NCBI GenBank assembly: GCA_943789275.1
Contig: CALSTM010000003.1
Span: 540,001 to 572,000 of the forward strand
Length of the DNA: 32,000 bases
DNA from: Candidatus Poseidoniaceae archaeon
GTDB lineage: Archaea > Thermoplasmatota > Poseidoniia > Poseidoniales > Poseidoniaceae
Direction of reading: 5' to 3'
Shown here piece by piece: positions 17,345-24,803 of this stretch; position 1 is the stretch's first letter, and each line of letters starts with the position of its first letter. A model generated the notes under the pieces. The model made no database searches. It was not told where the DNA came from and saw only the letters and a program-made list of their open reading frames with translations. Position numbers and translations under genes: made by a program.

Positions 17345-18472
17345 TCACTTCTGTTGTTGACCGAACATCGGTTTGTGTCCATTCTTCCCTTGAATGGCGT
17401 CTTTTATCCCAAGCGCTAATCCTTTCCACAATGCGATGCTCCAACGCATTGTCAAATTTCGAATTTTGAGAATCTCGAAGATGGAGAACTTACCCGCTTT
17501 CAAAGCACCACGGTTCACCACACCCAGCGGTCCTCGCCACAGAATTATTTCATGAATGACCATGAGTATCAGCGTGAACAACAGCAGCTTTGTTTGCCAC
17601 CAAGTTTGAGCCACCTCCCACGACCAATCGGGTTGTGTGATAAACGAAGTGAGGAACGGAATTCCAGAGACAAGGGCCATGAGCCACAGGGGGAAGACCG
17701 CAAGCACCACCGTAGAACTCCCGATGAAGTCCAAACCTGGGCCCGTTCGCTTTCGTCGAGGATAATGGCGAACGATACGGGTGTGGGCTCGAGCATCTCT
17801 GCATCGCTTAGCGAGGAACCTTGAAGATTCAATTTCAGGAACGTGATGGACAACAGCATCAGGTGCGTAGACAATCGTTCCACCTTCTGCCATTAATCGA
17901 AGACTTACCTCCATGTCTTCGGCATGGTACCATTTCGGATCAAATCCTCCAATTCCGAGTAGACTTTGGCGTTCAAACATCGAACATGGCCCGTTGGCTA
18001 AACTGGTTTGTCGTGGCCTTGAACGGTATTTCGTGGCGATTTCCACCGAACGAACACGGCTGACAATATCGCCCGCATGTTCGAAAACAGTTCGTCCAGT
18101 TACAGCGACGACTTTCTCGTTCTCATCGATGGGTTGGGTGTTTTCGACCAGTTTTGAAATCCAGTCCGGTTCGGGCCGCACATCAATGTCGGTGATGGCA
18201 ATCCAATCGCCTTTCGATTCATCCACTGCCCATTGTCTGCCTGACGAGAGGCCTTTGGGTTCTTGCGTCAAGATGCGAGTTGGAACTTCCGCCTCGAGGT
18301 CATGCCATGCGAGTAATTTTTTCTTTGAGCCATCGCTTGAACCGTCATCAACCGCAATAATTTCGATTGGGCGGTAGGTTTGGGCTTTGAGTGATTCGAT
18401 GCAACCGTCAATCCAATCCACACCGTCTCGCACGCAAACGGTAAGACTGACCATTGGATTTTGCTCCGGCAT
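17345..18472 (-). CDS. family 2 glycosyltransferase with C-terminal transmembrane region
   Basis: The GT2 signature is VSLTVCVRDGVDWIDGCIESLKAQTYRPIEIIAVDDGSSDGS. An acidic TDID motif and HAEDMEVSLRL (ED motif) are present, followed by about 4 TM helices (VVLAVFPLWLMALVSGIPFL, LLLFTLILMVIHEIILW...). ATG 18472 shares its A with the upstream TAA (TAATG), and GAGGT lies about 8 nt upstream. The track start at 18598 overlaps the upstream gene by 127 nt. Confidence 0.88.
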   Translation of the reverse strand: MPEQNPMVSLTVCVRDGVDWIDGCIESLKAQTYRPIEIIAVDDGSSDGSKKKLLAWHDLEAEVPTRILTQEPKGLSSGRQWAVDESKGDWIAITDIDVRPEPDWISKLVENTQPIDENEKVVAVTGRTVFEHAGDIVSRVRSVEIATKYRSRPRQTSLANGPCSMFERQSLLGIGGFDPKWYHAEDMEVSLRLMAEGGTIVYAPDAVVHHVPEIESSRFLAKRCRDARAHTRIVRHYPRRKRTGPGLDFIGSSTVVLAVFPLWLMALVSGIPFLTSFITQPDWSWEVAQTWWQTKLLLFTLILMVIHEIILWRGPLGVVNRGALKAGKFSIFEILKIRNLTMRWSIALWKGLALGIKDAIQGKNGHKPMFGQQQK

Positions 18473-19491
18473 TATACAACCTCGAACAGTGAAAGGAGAT
18501 GACGGCATCGCTGTTTGACCGCTAAAGTTGTGTATTGTAGAACGACACCCGTTCGAGGTTGCCCGTACATGACCACCGTGCCAAGTGGAGCCAAGCAATG
18601 AATCACCAACGGCGCCAAATCTTCTTCACCGTCAACTTCCAAAACGACAGAATCCTCGGCAACGAGGGCTTGAGCAATGGCCTGATTGAGTGAGGGGGTG
18701 AGAAGCCCAGCAGGATTGACAGCAGTCAAATGGTGATGAAAACGCTTGGTATTCACTTTCAAATCCTCTTCCAATTCCGTACGTTTTGTTTGTCCATCGA
18801 TGAGTGCAATATCGGGTGTTAAGCCCATGTCAAGCATTGTTTTCGTGGTAACATCTCCGACCGTAATGATGGCCCCATGGGGTGACGGCAAGCCGTCCAA
18901 TGCAGCAGCCATTCCGATTTCAGGGTCGTCTTCTGGCCCTTCAAACAGCGTACCCATCGGTGTTTTGAGTTCATAATCGAGTGCTGCAGCCATTCTGAGA
19001 TTCGCTTGACGTAATTCAAGTGGCATCCATGGATGTCCTTCACGGTCCATGTGTCCGTTTCGGACGGCTGAGGAACTGATGATACCACCTTCGAATCCAT
19101 CAAGGTGCATGACTTCAATGACATGCAACGGCAATAATCCGTTGGAGGCTCGTTGTTCGTTGATCGCATCGCACATGCCGCGAGTCTCAGGAGTCGCTAC
19201 AATGGCGTCAGCAACCGTATGCTTAGGTGCTGGTCCGAAGTTATCGTTGAGTTGATGAACGGTAATTTTGCAGCCTGATTGAGCATCAGCCCAATCGAGT
19301 AATTCGTTTCGACGGTCCTCAAAGGATTGAACGAATAGAGATTTTGATTCGGCCATAAGGTCCGAAGTGATGTGGATTTCGACCTGTTCTGCATCTTTGC
19401 TGGCAGCATTCAACAGTAAACGATGACCTGCATGGAGCCGGTCAAAAGTCCCCCCGACGAGGCAACAGCGAAAACGCCGTGAGGAGGTCAT
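18472..19491 (-). CDS. fusion of archaeal phosphopantetheine adenylyltransferase (PPAT) and DUF359-type GTP-dependent dephospho-CoA kinase (DPCK)
   Basis: The N-terminal ~155 aa form a cytidylyltransferase fold: CLVGGTFDRLHAGHRLLL...ATPETR...ISSSAVRNGHMDREG. The C-terminal ~170 aa carry DUF359 motifs as I recall them: IITVGDVTT..., ALIDGQTKR, AVNPAGLLT, VDGEEDLAPL and VVMYGQPRTGVV. Confidence 0.85.
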   Translation of the reverse strand: MTSSRRFRCCLVGGTFDRLHAGHRLLLNAASKDAEQVEIHITSDLMAESKSLFVQSFEDRRNELLDWADAQSGCKITVHQLNDNFGPAPKHTVADAIVATPETRGMCDAINEQRASNGLLPLHVIEVMHLDGFEGGIISSSAVRNGHMDREGHPWMPLELRQANLRMAAALDYELKTPMGTLFEGPEDDPEIGMAAALDGLPSPHGAIITVGDVTTKTMLDMGLTPDIALIDGQTKRTELEEDLKVNTKRFHHHLTAVNPAGLLTPSLNQAIAQALVAEDSVVLEVDGEEDLAPLVIHCLAPLGTVVMYGQPRTGVVLQYTTLAVKQRCRHLLSLFEVV

Positions 19492-19540
19492 AATTCGTTG
19501 TGGGATAAGCGGCTCTTTGATTGCATCGCCTCAAAACGAG

Positions 19541-19865
19541 AAAAACAACGCAGTTTGGCATGAAGTGAAATCAGCAGGAGCTGTACCCCGACGCGTAACG
19601 GCCCTTTTCATCGCAATGCTCGAGGGCCTGACCCAGCGTCAGGGTTTATGCTGTCCAATAGGTTGGTTGTCTCGTGTTCATCCTGTCGTCGCACGAGGAC
19701 CCATTACCTACCGGTTGGTTTACCGCCTTGCACCGAAGGTCATTCCCCGAAGGGTCACTTCAGTCTTCGATAGCGGACCGTACCATTGGTATCGGACTTC
19801 ACAGCAATTTTCACAGTAGCTCTGCCAGATGTTGCGGGTACGGCAATCGATTCCTGCGGCCTACC
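19541..19865 (-). ncRNA. about 320-nt structured RNA; best guess RNase P RNA, with SRP (7S) RNA or another class not excluded
   Basis: This is a 392-bp gap with no credible ORF. On the minus strand there are two C(UUCG)G tetraloop hairpins (GACCCuucgGGG, ACCuucgGU). Long-range end pairings are present: GCAGGA/UCCUGC and GUACCCG/CGG(G)GUAC. Segments loosely resembling RNase P conserved regions occur in the expected order: GUGAAGUCCG, GGUAAAC...GGUAAUGGG, GGAUGAAC. An AT-rich TATA-like AAATTAGAATAA lies upstream (reverse complement of 19885-19896). A U5 + U4 terminator follows (reverse complement of 19533-19545). I could not draw a canonical P4 helix, and the ends are approximate. Confidence 0.5.
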
Positions 19866-19883
19866 CCTTTTCAAGTCATCGAA

Positions 19884-22415
19884 TTATTCTAATTTCGATG
19901 CAAAGGAGCGGGCATAGAGCAATGCACCGATTTCAGCATCCCCTTGATGAAGAACATTCAATCCCATTGCGGGCCATGAATCAACCGAGCGAGCGAGCCA
20001 TCCTACCAGTGGATGCGTGCGTCCATAATGCACCGATTCATTGCGCTCGGAAGTGGCAAGCATGTCATAGACATCAAGCAGTGCTGGTTTTCCAGCATGG
20101 TCCTCAAGCAACAAAATATGCAACACATCATCGAGCATGATTCGCCGTGAAGGGTAGGAGGTTGACCATGCAGGTAGACCGCCGCGTTCACCGGTTGGAC
20201 GCGTGAGCAGTGCAGGCCAAGGCAACACTGTCGAGGCTAACCATCGTCGCCCAGAAGTTGAAGACAACTGAATCTGTAACCATTCACTGGCCCACGCCCT
20301 CCACCAAGGAGATGGCAGTAGACTCATGACTTGACGCAGGAACTCCGGTGTCATCGGTTCACCCAATTCCATGTGTTGGAGCAAAGTACCCCACACATAG
20401 AGTGTTGAATCTTGTGGATGGAGTTTTGCTGCAGCCTTGCATTTCATCAAACAGTTTTCGATATGGTCCGGCAAAGGGGTGCCAATCGGGAACAGTGATT
20501 CCAACACCCGTAAGGTTTGATGCGGGGCATCAAGCCAACGAATACACGATTGTTCAATCAATTCATGAAACTCTTCTGGCATTTGATTTGCTGCTAAGAG
20601 GAGGGAAGTTGCCATCCACGAGCCGAGTTCCTCGTTTTCCAGGAAGTGTTGATACTTGAGAATGGATTCAACATTGTTGGTAAACCGTTGTCGCGTTTTC
20701 TCGAGTGCTCGGAGCGTCCATTCAGGAGACGCTTTGGGCATGGCGCTGATGAGTGTCGCCGTTTCGCATTGTTCAATGGGTAACAAATCAGCCCAACCTG
20801 ATGGTAAAACAGAACGCAAACGAATCCAACGTGAAGTTCGATGCTCCATCGGCGTAGCAATCCATGCTGCTAACGGCGTACTGCTCTCATTCAAATTGGC
20901 CCATTGTTCATCTCCCTGTGGATAAAAAGCAAGTGCTCGCCAAATTGACCGCTGCAGTTCAAGGTTCGATTCTGTTGCTGAAAACAAGTTCTGATCAAAG
21001 CCATCGTTTTGGTTCCAAGCAGCAAGCAACTCCTTGGCAGATAACGGTACACGCTCATGAATCGTTTGCGACGAACGTTCCACGGGTGCTTGCAAAAGTG
21101 AGAGAGGGATATTCGTGCCTCTTCGCATCTCAATGACGGCTTTCGTCAAGGTCTTTTCACTTCGAATCACGGCGGTGGATGACCTCAATTTTTGATATTC
21201 ACCTTCGGATGTAACCAGAATACGGCACCTTCCAGTGGCAAGAACTTGTTCGAGAATCTCTCTGTTCTCTTCGATTGCATACGGCCATTCAATCACACAA
21301 TCTCTGCTTGATTCAAAAGCGAACCATTCAAGCAAGGCGTTTGCTCCTTTAGCGGAGACTCCTGAGAAATTCATGGTGCTCATGCTGATTGATTCACGCC
21401 ATTCTGCTTTACCAAAATCCGTTAGTAACTGCCGCTGAACGGCCAGAGGGGGTGGCGATTCAGTAGCATTCAGTAAATGCCGACTTAATTCTTTGAACTT
21501 CATGATTCTTTTTTCATCGGCCATTCGTGGATGCCGTGACTGCAACCAGTATTGTATCGCATCAATAGGTAGATAGCGTCTTGAACGCTGTTGCGGACGA
21601 GCTTCAAACACTAAGGCTTCTGCACTCATTGCATTGAGTGCTAATGAACGGTTGACAGCGACGGTAAGATGAGCATGGATACCTTTTTTTGGAGAGATTC
21701 GTAAGTCCGTACCTGTTGCAGTGCCGAGTGTATACTCGCCTTGTGTGAGTAGAGACGGTAACTCCGCAGCCTTTTCCGGTTCTTTGAACCATGTCCCTGG
21801 GCTCAGCAACCATTCGCTCCTCGAATCGAGTAGTGTCGCTCGAATCAGTCCAATACGGTCGACTTCTTCGGTCCATTCGGTGAGTGTTCCTCTCGTGGAT
21901 AGCGAACGAGGGGCTTCTGTCCTCTCAAAATTAGAGAGCGTGTACCACTGGATCTCTCCACTTCTTTGAACGGCCCAGCGCCCCCCTTGCTTTCCGCTGG
22001 AGAAAGAGGACATGCTCCTACGCTCGGTGATGCCTTGGTTCGGTAGGGAGAGCAGTCTTGAACGGGGGGGTTTCACATAACCAAGCAGGACGTGAGGGCC
22101 GTCGAGAGTCAGAACGATGCCCTCCGCTTGGGTTGGTCGTTGCGACACGAGTTTGCGAGCTCTGGCCAGAGCATCTTCGGTTAATCTGGCTCGCCCTGCT
22201 TCGTTGAGTCGATGTTGAGCACCACGTATACTCCCTTGCTCGTCGCGACTCACTTCTCCTCGCTCCCGCAACTGCCGAAGCGCCAGTGAAGCGTGAGGCA
22301 TCCGTAAGTTGAGCGACTCGGCTATACTGGAAACCGTGCCACTGCCGTCAATCAACCAATTCAGAACACGCCGTTGATGGCCGCTTCGAATCTGTTTTAC
22401 TGACATCAAAGTCAC
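19884..22415 (-). CDS. 843-aa protein of unknown function with N-terminal winged-helix (MarR/ArsR-like) DNA-binding domain
   Basis: The start is GTG at 22415, with AGGAG 6 nt upstream. The N-terminus is HQRRVLNWLIDGSGTVSSIAESLNLRMPHASLALRQLRERGEVSRDE. The remaining ~750 aa have no P-loop, nuclease or metal motif that I can recognise. The C-terminal half is Trp/Leu-rich and probably helical. Confidence 0.8.
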   Translation of the reverse strand: MTLMSVKQIRSGHQRRVLNWLIDGSGTVSSIAESLNLRMPHASLALRQLRERGEVSRDEQGSIRGAQHRLNEAGRARLTEDALARARKLVSQRPTQAEGIVLTLDGPHVLLGYVKPPRSRLLSLPNQGITERRSMSSFSSGKQGGRWAVQRSGEIQWYTLSNFERTEAPRSLSTRGTLTEWTEEVDRIGLIRATLLDSRSEWLLSPGTWFKEPEKAAELPSLLTQGEYTLGTATGTDLRISPKKGIHAHLTVAVNRSLALNAMSAEALVFEARPQQRSRRYLPIDAIQYWLQSRHPRMADEKRIMKFKELSRHLLNATESPPPLAVQRQLLTDFGKAEWRESISMSTMNFSGVSAKGANALLEWFAFESSRDCVIEWPYAIEENREILEQVLATGRCRILVTSEGEYQKLRSSTAVIRSEKTLTKAVIEMRRGTNIPLSLLQAPVERSSQTIHERVPLSAKELLAAWNQNDGFDQNLFSATESNLELQRSIWRALAFYPQGDEQWANLNESSTPLAAWIATPMEHRTSRWIRLRSVLPSGWADLLPIEQCETATLISAMPKASPEWTLRALEKTRQRFTNNVESILKYQHFLENEELGSWMATSLLLAANQMPEEFHELIEQSCIRWLDAPHQTLRVLESLFPIGTPLPDHIENCLMKCKAAAKLHPQDSTLYVWGTLLQHMELGEPMTPEFLRQVMSLLPSPWWRAWASEWLQIQLSSTSGRRWLASTVLPWPALLTRPTGERGGLPAWSTSYPSRRIMLDDVLHILLLEDHAGKPALLDVYDMLATSERNESVHYGRTHPLVGWLARSVDSWPAMGLNVLHQGDAEIGALLYARSFASKLE

Positions 22416-22490
22416 CTTATCTCCTGGTTACTGCCTCTCATTGTTAAATGTTGCACTTTAGTGCATGTAATTGTTACAAATAGTTACACA

Positions 22491-22501
22491 TTTCCACTGG
22501 A
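22491..22501. promoter_or_regulatory. single mini-ORB-like motif (TCCAGTGGAAA on minus strand)
   Basis: tttccactgga at 22491-22501 is the reverse complement of TCCAGTGGAAA, the core I recall for archaeal origin recognition boxes. A degenerate same-orientation copy (ttttctacgggaag) lies at 22583-22596. With only one good copy, function as an origin is unproven. Confidence 0.25.
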
Positions 22502-22678
22502 GATAGTTGGTTTTTACTTACATGTCGAAAAGAAGGTGTGAAAATAACACCCCATTTGCATACGAAATGTAACTATAATCGATTTTCTACGGGAAGGGTT
22601 ATATGAGCACCCTCGGTCATCTGTCTTAGTGGCCCCAACCCTCTATGGGAGATGGCCTCATGACAGGAGGAAATACAC

Positions 22679-23008
22679 ATGAAAACAACCAGAATCAGAG
22701 AGAAAATCAAGAAATTCTTAGGAGACCGACCACGTAACACTGCCGAGATTCTGGAACACATCAACAGCACCATGCGACACGGCACCACCAGCCAACAGCT
22801 CGGTAACGTACTCTCCAAGGATAAGGACATCGTCAAGGTCGGCTACATCAAGCGCTCAGGAATTCTTTCTGGCGGATACGATATCTGCGAATGGGCGACC
22901 CGTAACTGGGTTTCTTCGAACTGCCCTGGGTGGCAAGAAGGCACACCGATCATCATCGATAACGACGGCAACGTTACCACCGGTAACAGCACCGACCGTT
23001 CTCTCTGA
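22679..23008 (+). CDS. 109-aa winged-helix-like small DNA-binding protein, unknown function
   Basis: AGGAGG occupies 22665-22670, 8 nt before the ATG. The sequence KIKKFLGDRPRNTAEILEHINSTMRHGTTSQQLGNVLSKDKDIVKVGYIKRSG fits a helix-turn-helix plus wing pattern. It is divergent from the 843-aa gene. Confidence 0.7.
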   Translation: MKTTRIREKIKKFLGDRPRNTAEILEHINSTMRHGTTSQQLGNVLSKDKDIVKVGYIKRSGILSGGYDICEWATRNWVSSNCPGWQEGTPIIIDNDGNVTTGNSTDRSL

Positions 23009-23087
23009 TTCGGGAAATTGGTCGCGCCAGTTTACTACCATCACCCTTTGACGAGGGATTCAATAGGGATGAGTATTTGGCCACGGC

Positions 23088-24362
23088 ATGGATAACTTGG
23101 ATAAGACTGAGAACTACACCGTCCGCGACATCAATTTGGCTGACAAAGGAGCACTCCTTGTCGACTGGGCACGAGCCCGTATGCCGGTTATGGCCAAAAT
23201 CAAGGAAGAAGCTGAGCGCACCAAACCTCTTGCTGGAATGCGCGTTGCAGGATGCCTTCACGTCACCAAAGAGACTGCAGTTCTCATTGAAACCATCCGG
23301 GCAGCAGGAGCAGAAATCTCCTGGTCCGGTTGCAACCCTCTTTCAACTCAAGATGAAGTGGCCGCTTGGTTGGCTGCTGAAGGATACTCCGTTCATGCAT
23401 GGCACGGTCAATCCAGTGACGATTTCTATTGGTGCATTGACCGAACACTTGAGTTCAAGCCGACCCTCACGCTCGATGACGGCGCGGATCTGATTGTCCG
23501 TGTTCACACTGATAAGTTAGAATATGCACCTGGTGTCATTGGCGGTACTGAAGAAACAACCACTGGAGTTCACCGACTTCGTGCCATGGCAGCTGCTGGC
23601 GACCTCCGTTATCCAGTCATCGCCGTCAACGACGCAGTTACCAAGTGGGATTTCGACAACGTTTACGGTACCGGTCAATCAACCATTGACGGTATTCTTC
23701 GAGCGACCTCTGTCCTCATTGCAGGCAAGACATTCGTTGTTGCTGGTTTCGGCCACTGTGGAAGTGGACTTGCTATGCGTGCTCGTGGAATGGGCGCCAA
23801 TGTCGTCATCACTGAAGTCGACCCTCTTCCTGCTCTTCGAGCGGTTATGGAAGGTTACAGTGTGATGACCATGGATGAGGCAGCGAAAATCGGAGACATC
23901 TTCTGTACCGCAACAGGAATGGAAGACGTCATCACCGGTGCTCACTTTGATTCAATGAAAGACGGAGCCATCATCTCCAACACCGGTCACTACGATTGTG
24001 AAATCAAGATTACCGATTTGGAAGAGCGTGCATCTTCCGTTCGAACGATTCGAGACAACAACGAAGAGTTCCTGATGCCGGATGGTCGACGCATTTTCTT
24101 GCTTGCTCGTGGCCGATTGGTGAACCTCGCTGCTGCAGAAGGCCACCCATCAGAAGTCATGGACATGTCGTTTGCAAACCAGTTCCTTTCGCTTTGCCGC
24201 TTGGCCAAAGAAGGTGGTTCGATGGGTAAGGAAGTGTATGACATCACGAAGGAGCAAGACCAAGATCTCGCAACAACGAAACTTGACACACTCGGTTTCA
24301 GTATCGATGTCTTGACCGATGCTCAACTCGCCTACCTTGACGACTATACCGTCGGAACATGA
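23088..24362 (+). CDS. ahcY: adenosylhomocysteinase (S-adenosyl-L-homocysteine hydrolase)
   Basis: 424 aa. Family motifs include VRDINLADKGALLVDWARARMPV, SWSGCNPLSTQDEVAA, the NAD fold VVAGFGHCGSGLAMRARGMGANVVITEVDP, and GHYDCEI. Confidence 0.97.
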   Translation: MDNLDKTENYTVRDINLADKGALLVDWARARMPVMAKIKEEAERTKPLAGMRVAGCLHVTKETAVLIETIRAAGAEISWSGCNPLSTQDEVAAWLAAEGYSVHAWHGQSSDDFYWCIDRTLEFKPTLTLDDGADLIVRVHTDKLEYAPGVIGGTEETTTGVHRLRAMAAAGDLRYPVIAVNDAVTKWDFDNVYGTGQSTIDGILRATSVLIAGKTFVVAGFGHCGSGLAMRARGMGANVVITEVDPLPALRAVMEGYSVMTMDEAAKIGDIFCTATGMEDVITGAHFDSMKDGAIISNTGHYDCEIKITDLEERASSVRTIRDNNEEFLMPDGRRIFLLARGRLVNLAAAEGHPSEVMDMSFANQFLSLCRLAKEGGSMGKEVYDITKEQDQDLATTKLDTLGFSIDVLTDAQLAYLDDYTVGT

Positions 24363-24383
24363 GTTTTCTTCTGTGACTCATCT

Positions 24384-24402
24384 CCGACAAGGGTCGGTTT
24401 TT
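24384..24402 (+). terminator. hairpin plus T5 downstream of ahcY
   Basis: The hairpin CCGACaaggGUCGG is followed directly by TTTTT (24398-24402), 22 nt after the ahcY stop. Confidence 0.45.
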
Positions 24403-24460
24403 GGCCTACTTCTGCCGCTTCCGGCGTTGAGTTTAAGGCCAAAAAGGTCGACGTTTCATC

Positions 24461-24751
24461 ATGGTCTCAGAATCAACTGCATTTCTGATTGATGTTGTGA
24501 TAACTCTTGTCAGTGCAGTACTGATTTTGGGCACATTGTATCAATATTTTTTCAAAAACAAAAATTTTATTCAAGCAATCACCGTTCCTTTTGGTAATCC
24601 AACCTCTTTGGATTCGACGGATTCTGAGCCAGTCGAGTCAGTTGATCAAGTTACATTTACGAAACGCAAAAAGCGGTGGTTGATGGCAATCATTGTAGTC
24701 TTTAACATCGTCTTTTTCTATGCTGTATACGTTTACGTTCTACCCTACTGA
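24461..24751 (+). CDS. small two-TM membrane protein (96 aa), unknown function
   Basis: Two hydrophobic helices (FLIDVVITLVSAVLILGTLYQYFF and WLMAIIVVFNIVFFYAVYVYVL) flank an acidic loop. The Shine-Dalgarno motif is weak (AAGGT), and the gene is more AT-rich than its neighbours. Confidence 0.45.
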   Translation: MVSESTAFLIDVVITLVSAVLILGTLYQYFFKNKNFIQAITVPFGNPTSLDSTDSEPVESVDQVTFTKRKKRWLMAIIVVFNIVFFYAVYVYVLPY

Positions 24752-24803
24752 AGGAATTGAAATGATCAATATCTTCTGGTGAACTGGCATCCACCTGAAC
24801 GAA

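Noticed and set aside
18473-18598. Long form of the GT2 ORF (start 18598)
   Set aside because: It overlaps the C-terminus of the PPAT-DPCK gene by 127 nt in another frame. The TAATG junction at 18470-18474 with an upstream GAGGT is a standard coupled start.
19517-20140. Plus-strand ORFs 19517-19819 (100 aa), 19674-19892 (72 aa) and 19829-20140 (103 aa)
   Set aside because: They have no Shine-Dalgarno motif or promoter and give odd, Arg/Pro-rich translations. They overlap a region with strong RNA-structure signals, and the last also overlaps the 3' end of the well-supported 843-aa gene. An RNA gene explains them better.
19884-23008. Integrated virus, plasmid or mobile element carrying the two wHTH genes
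   Set aside because: I see no integrase, transposase, replication protein or capsid-like gene, no flanking direct repeats and no obvious compositional break. I kept it only as a speculative possibility within the finding, not as a feature.
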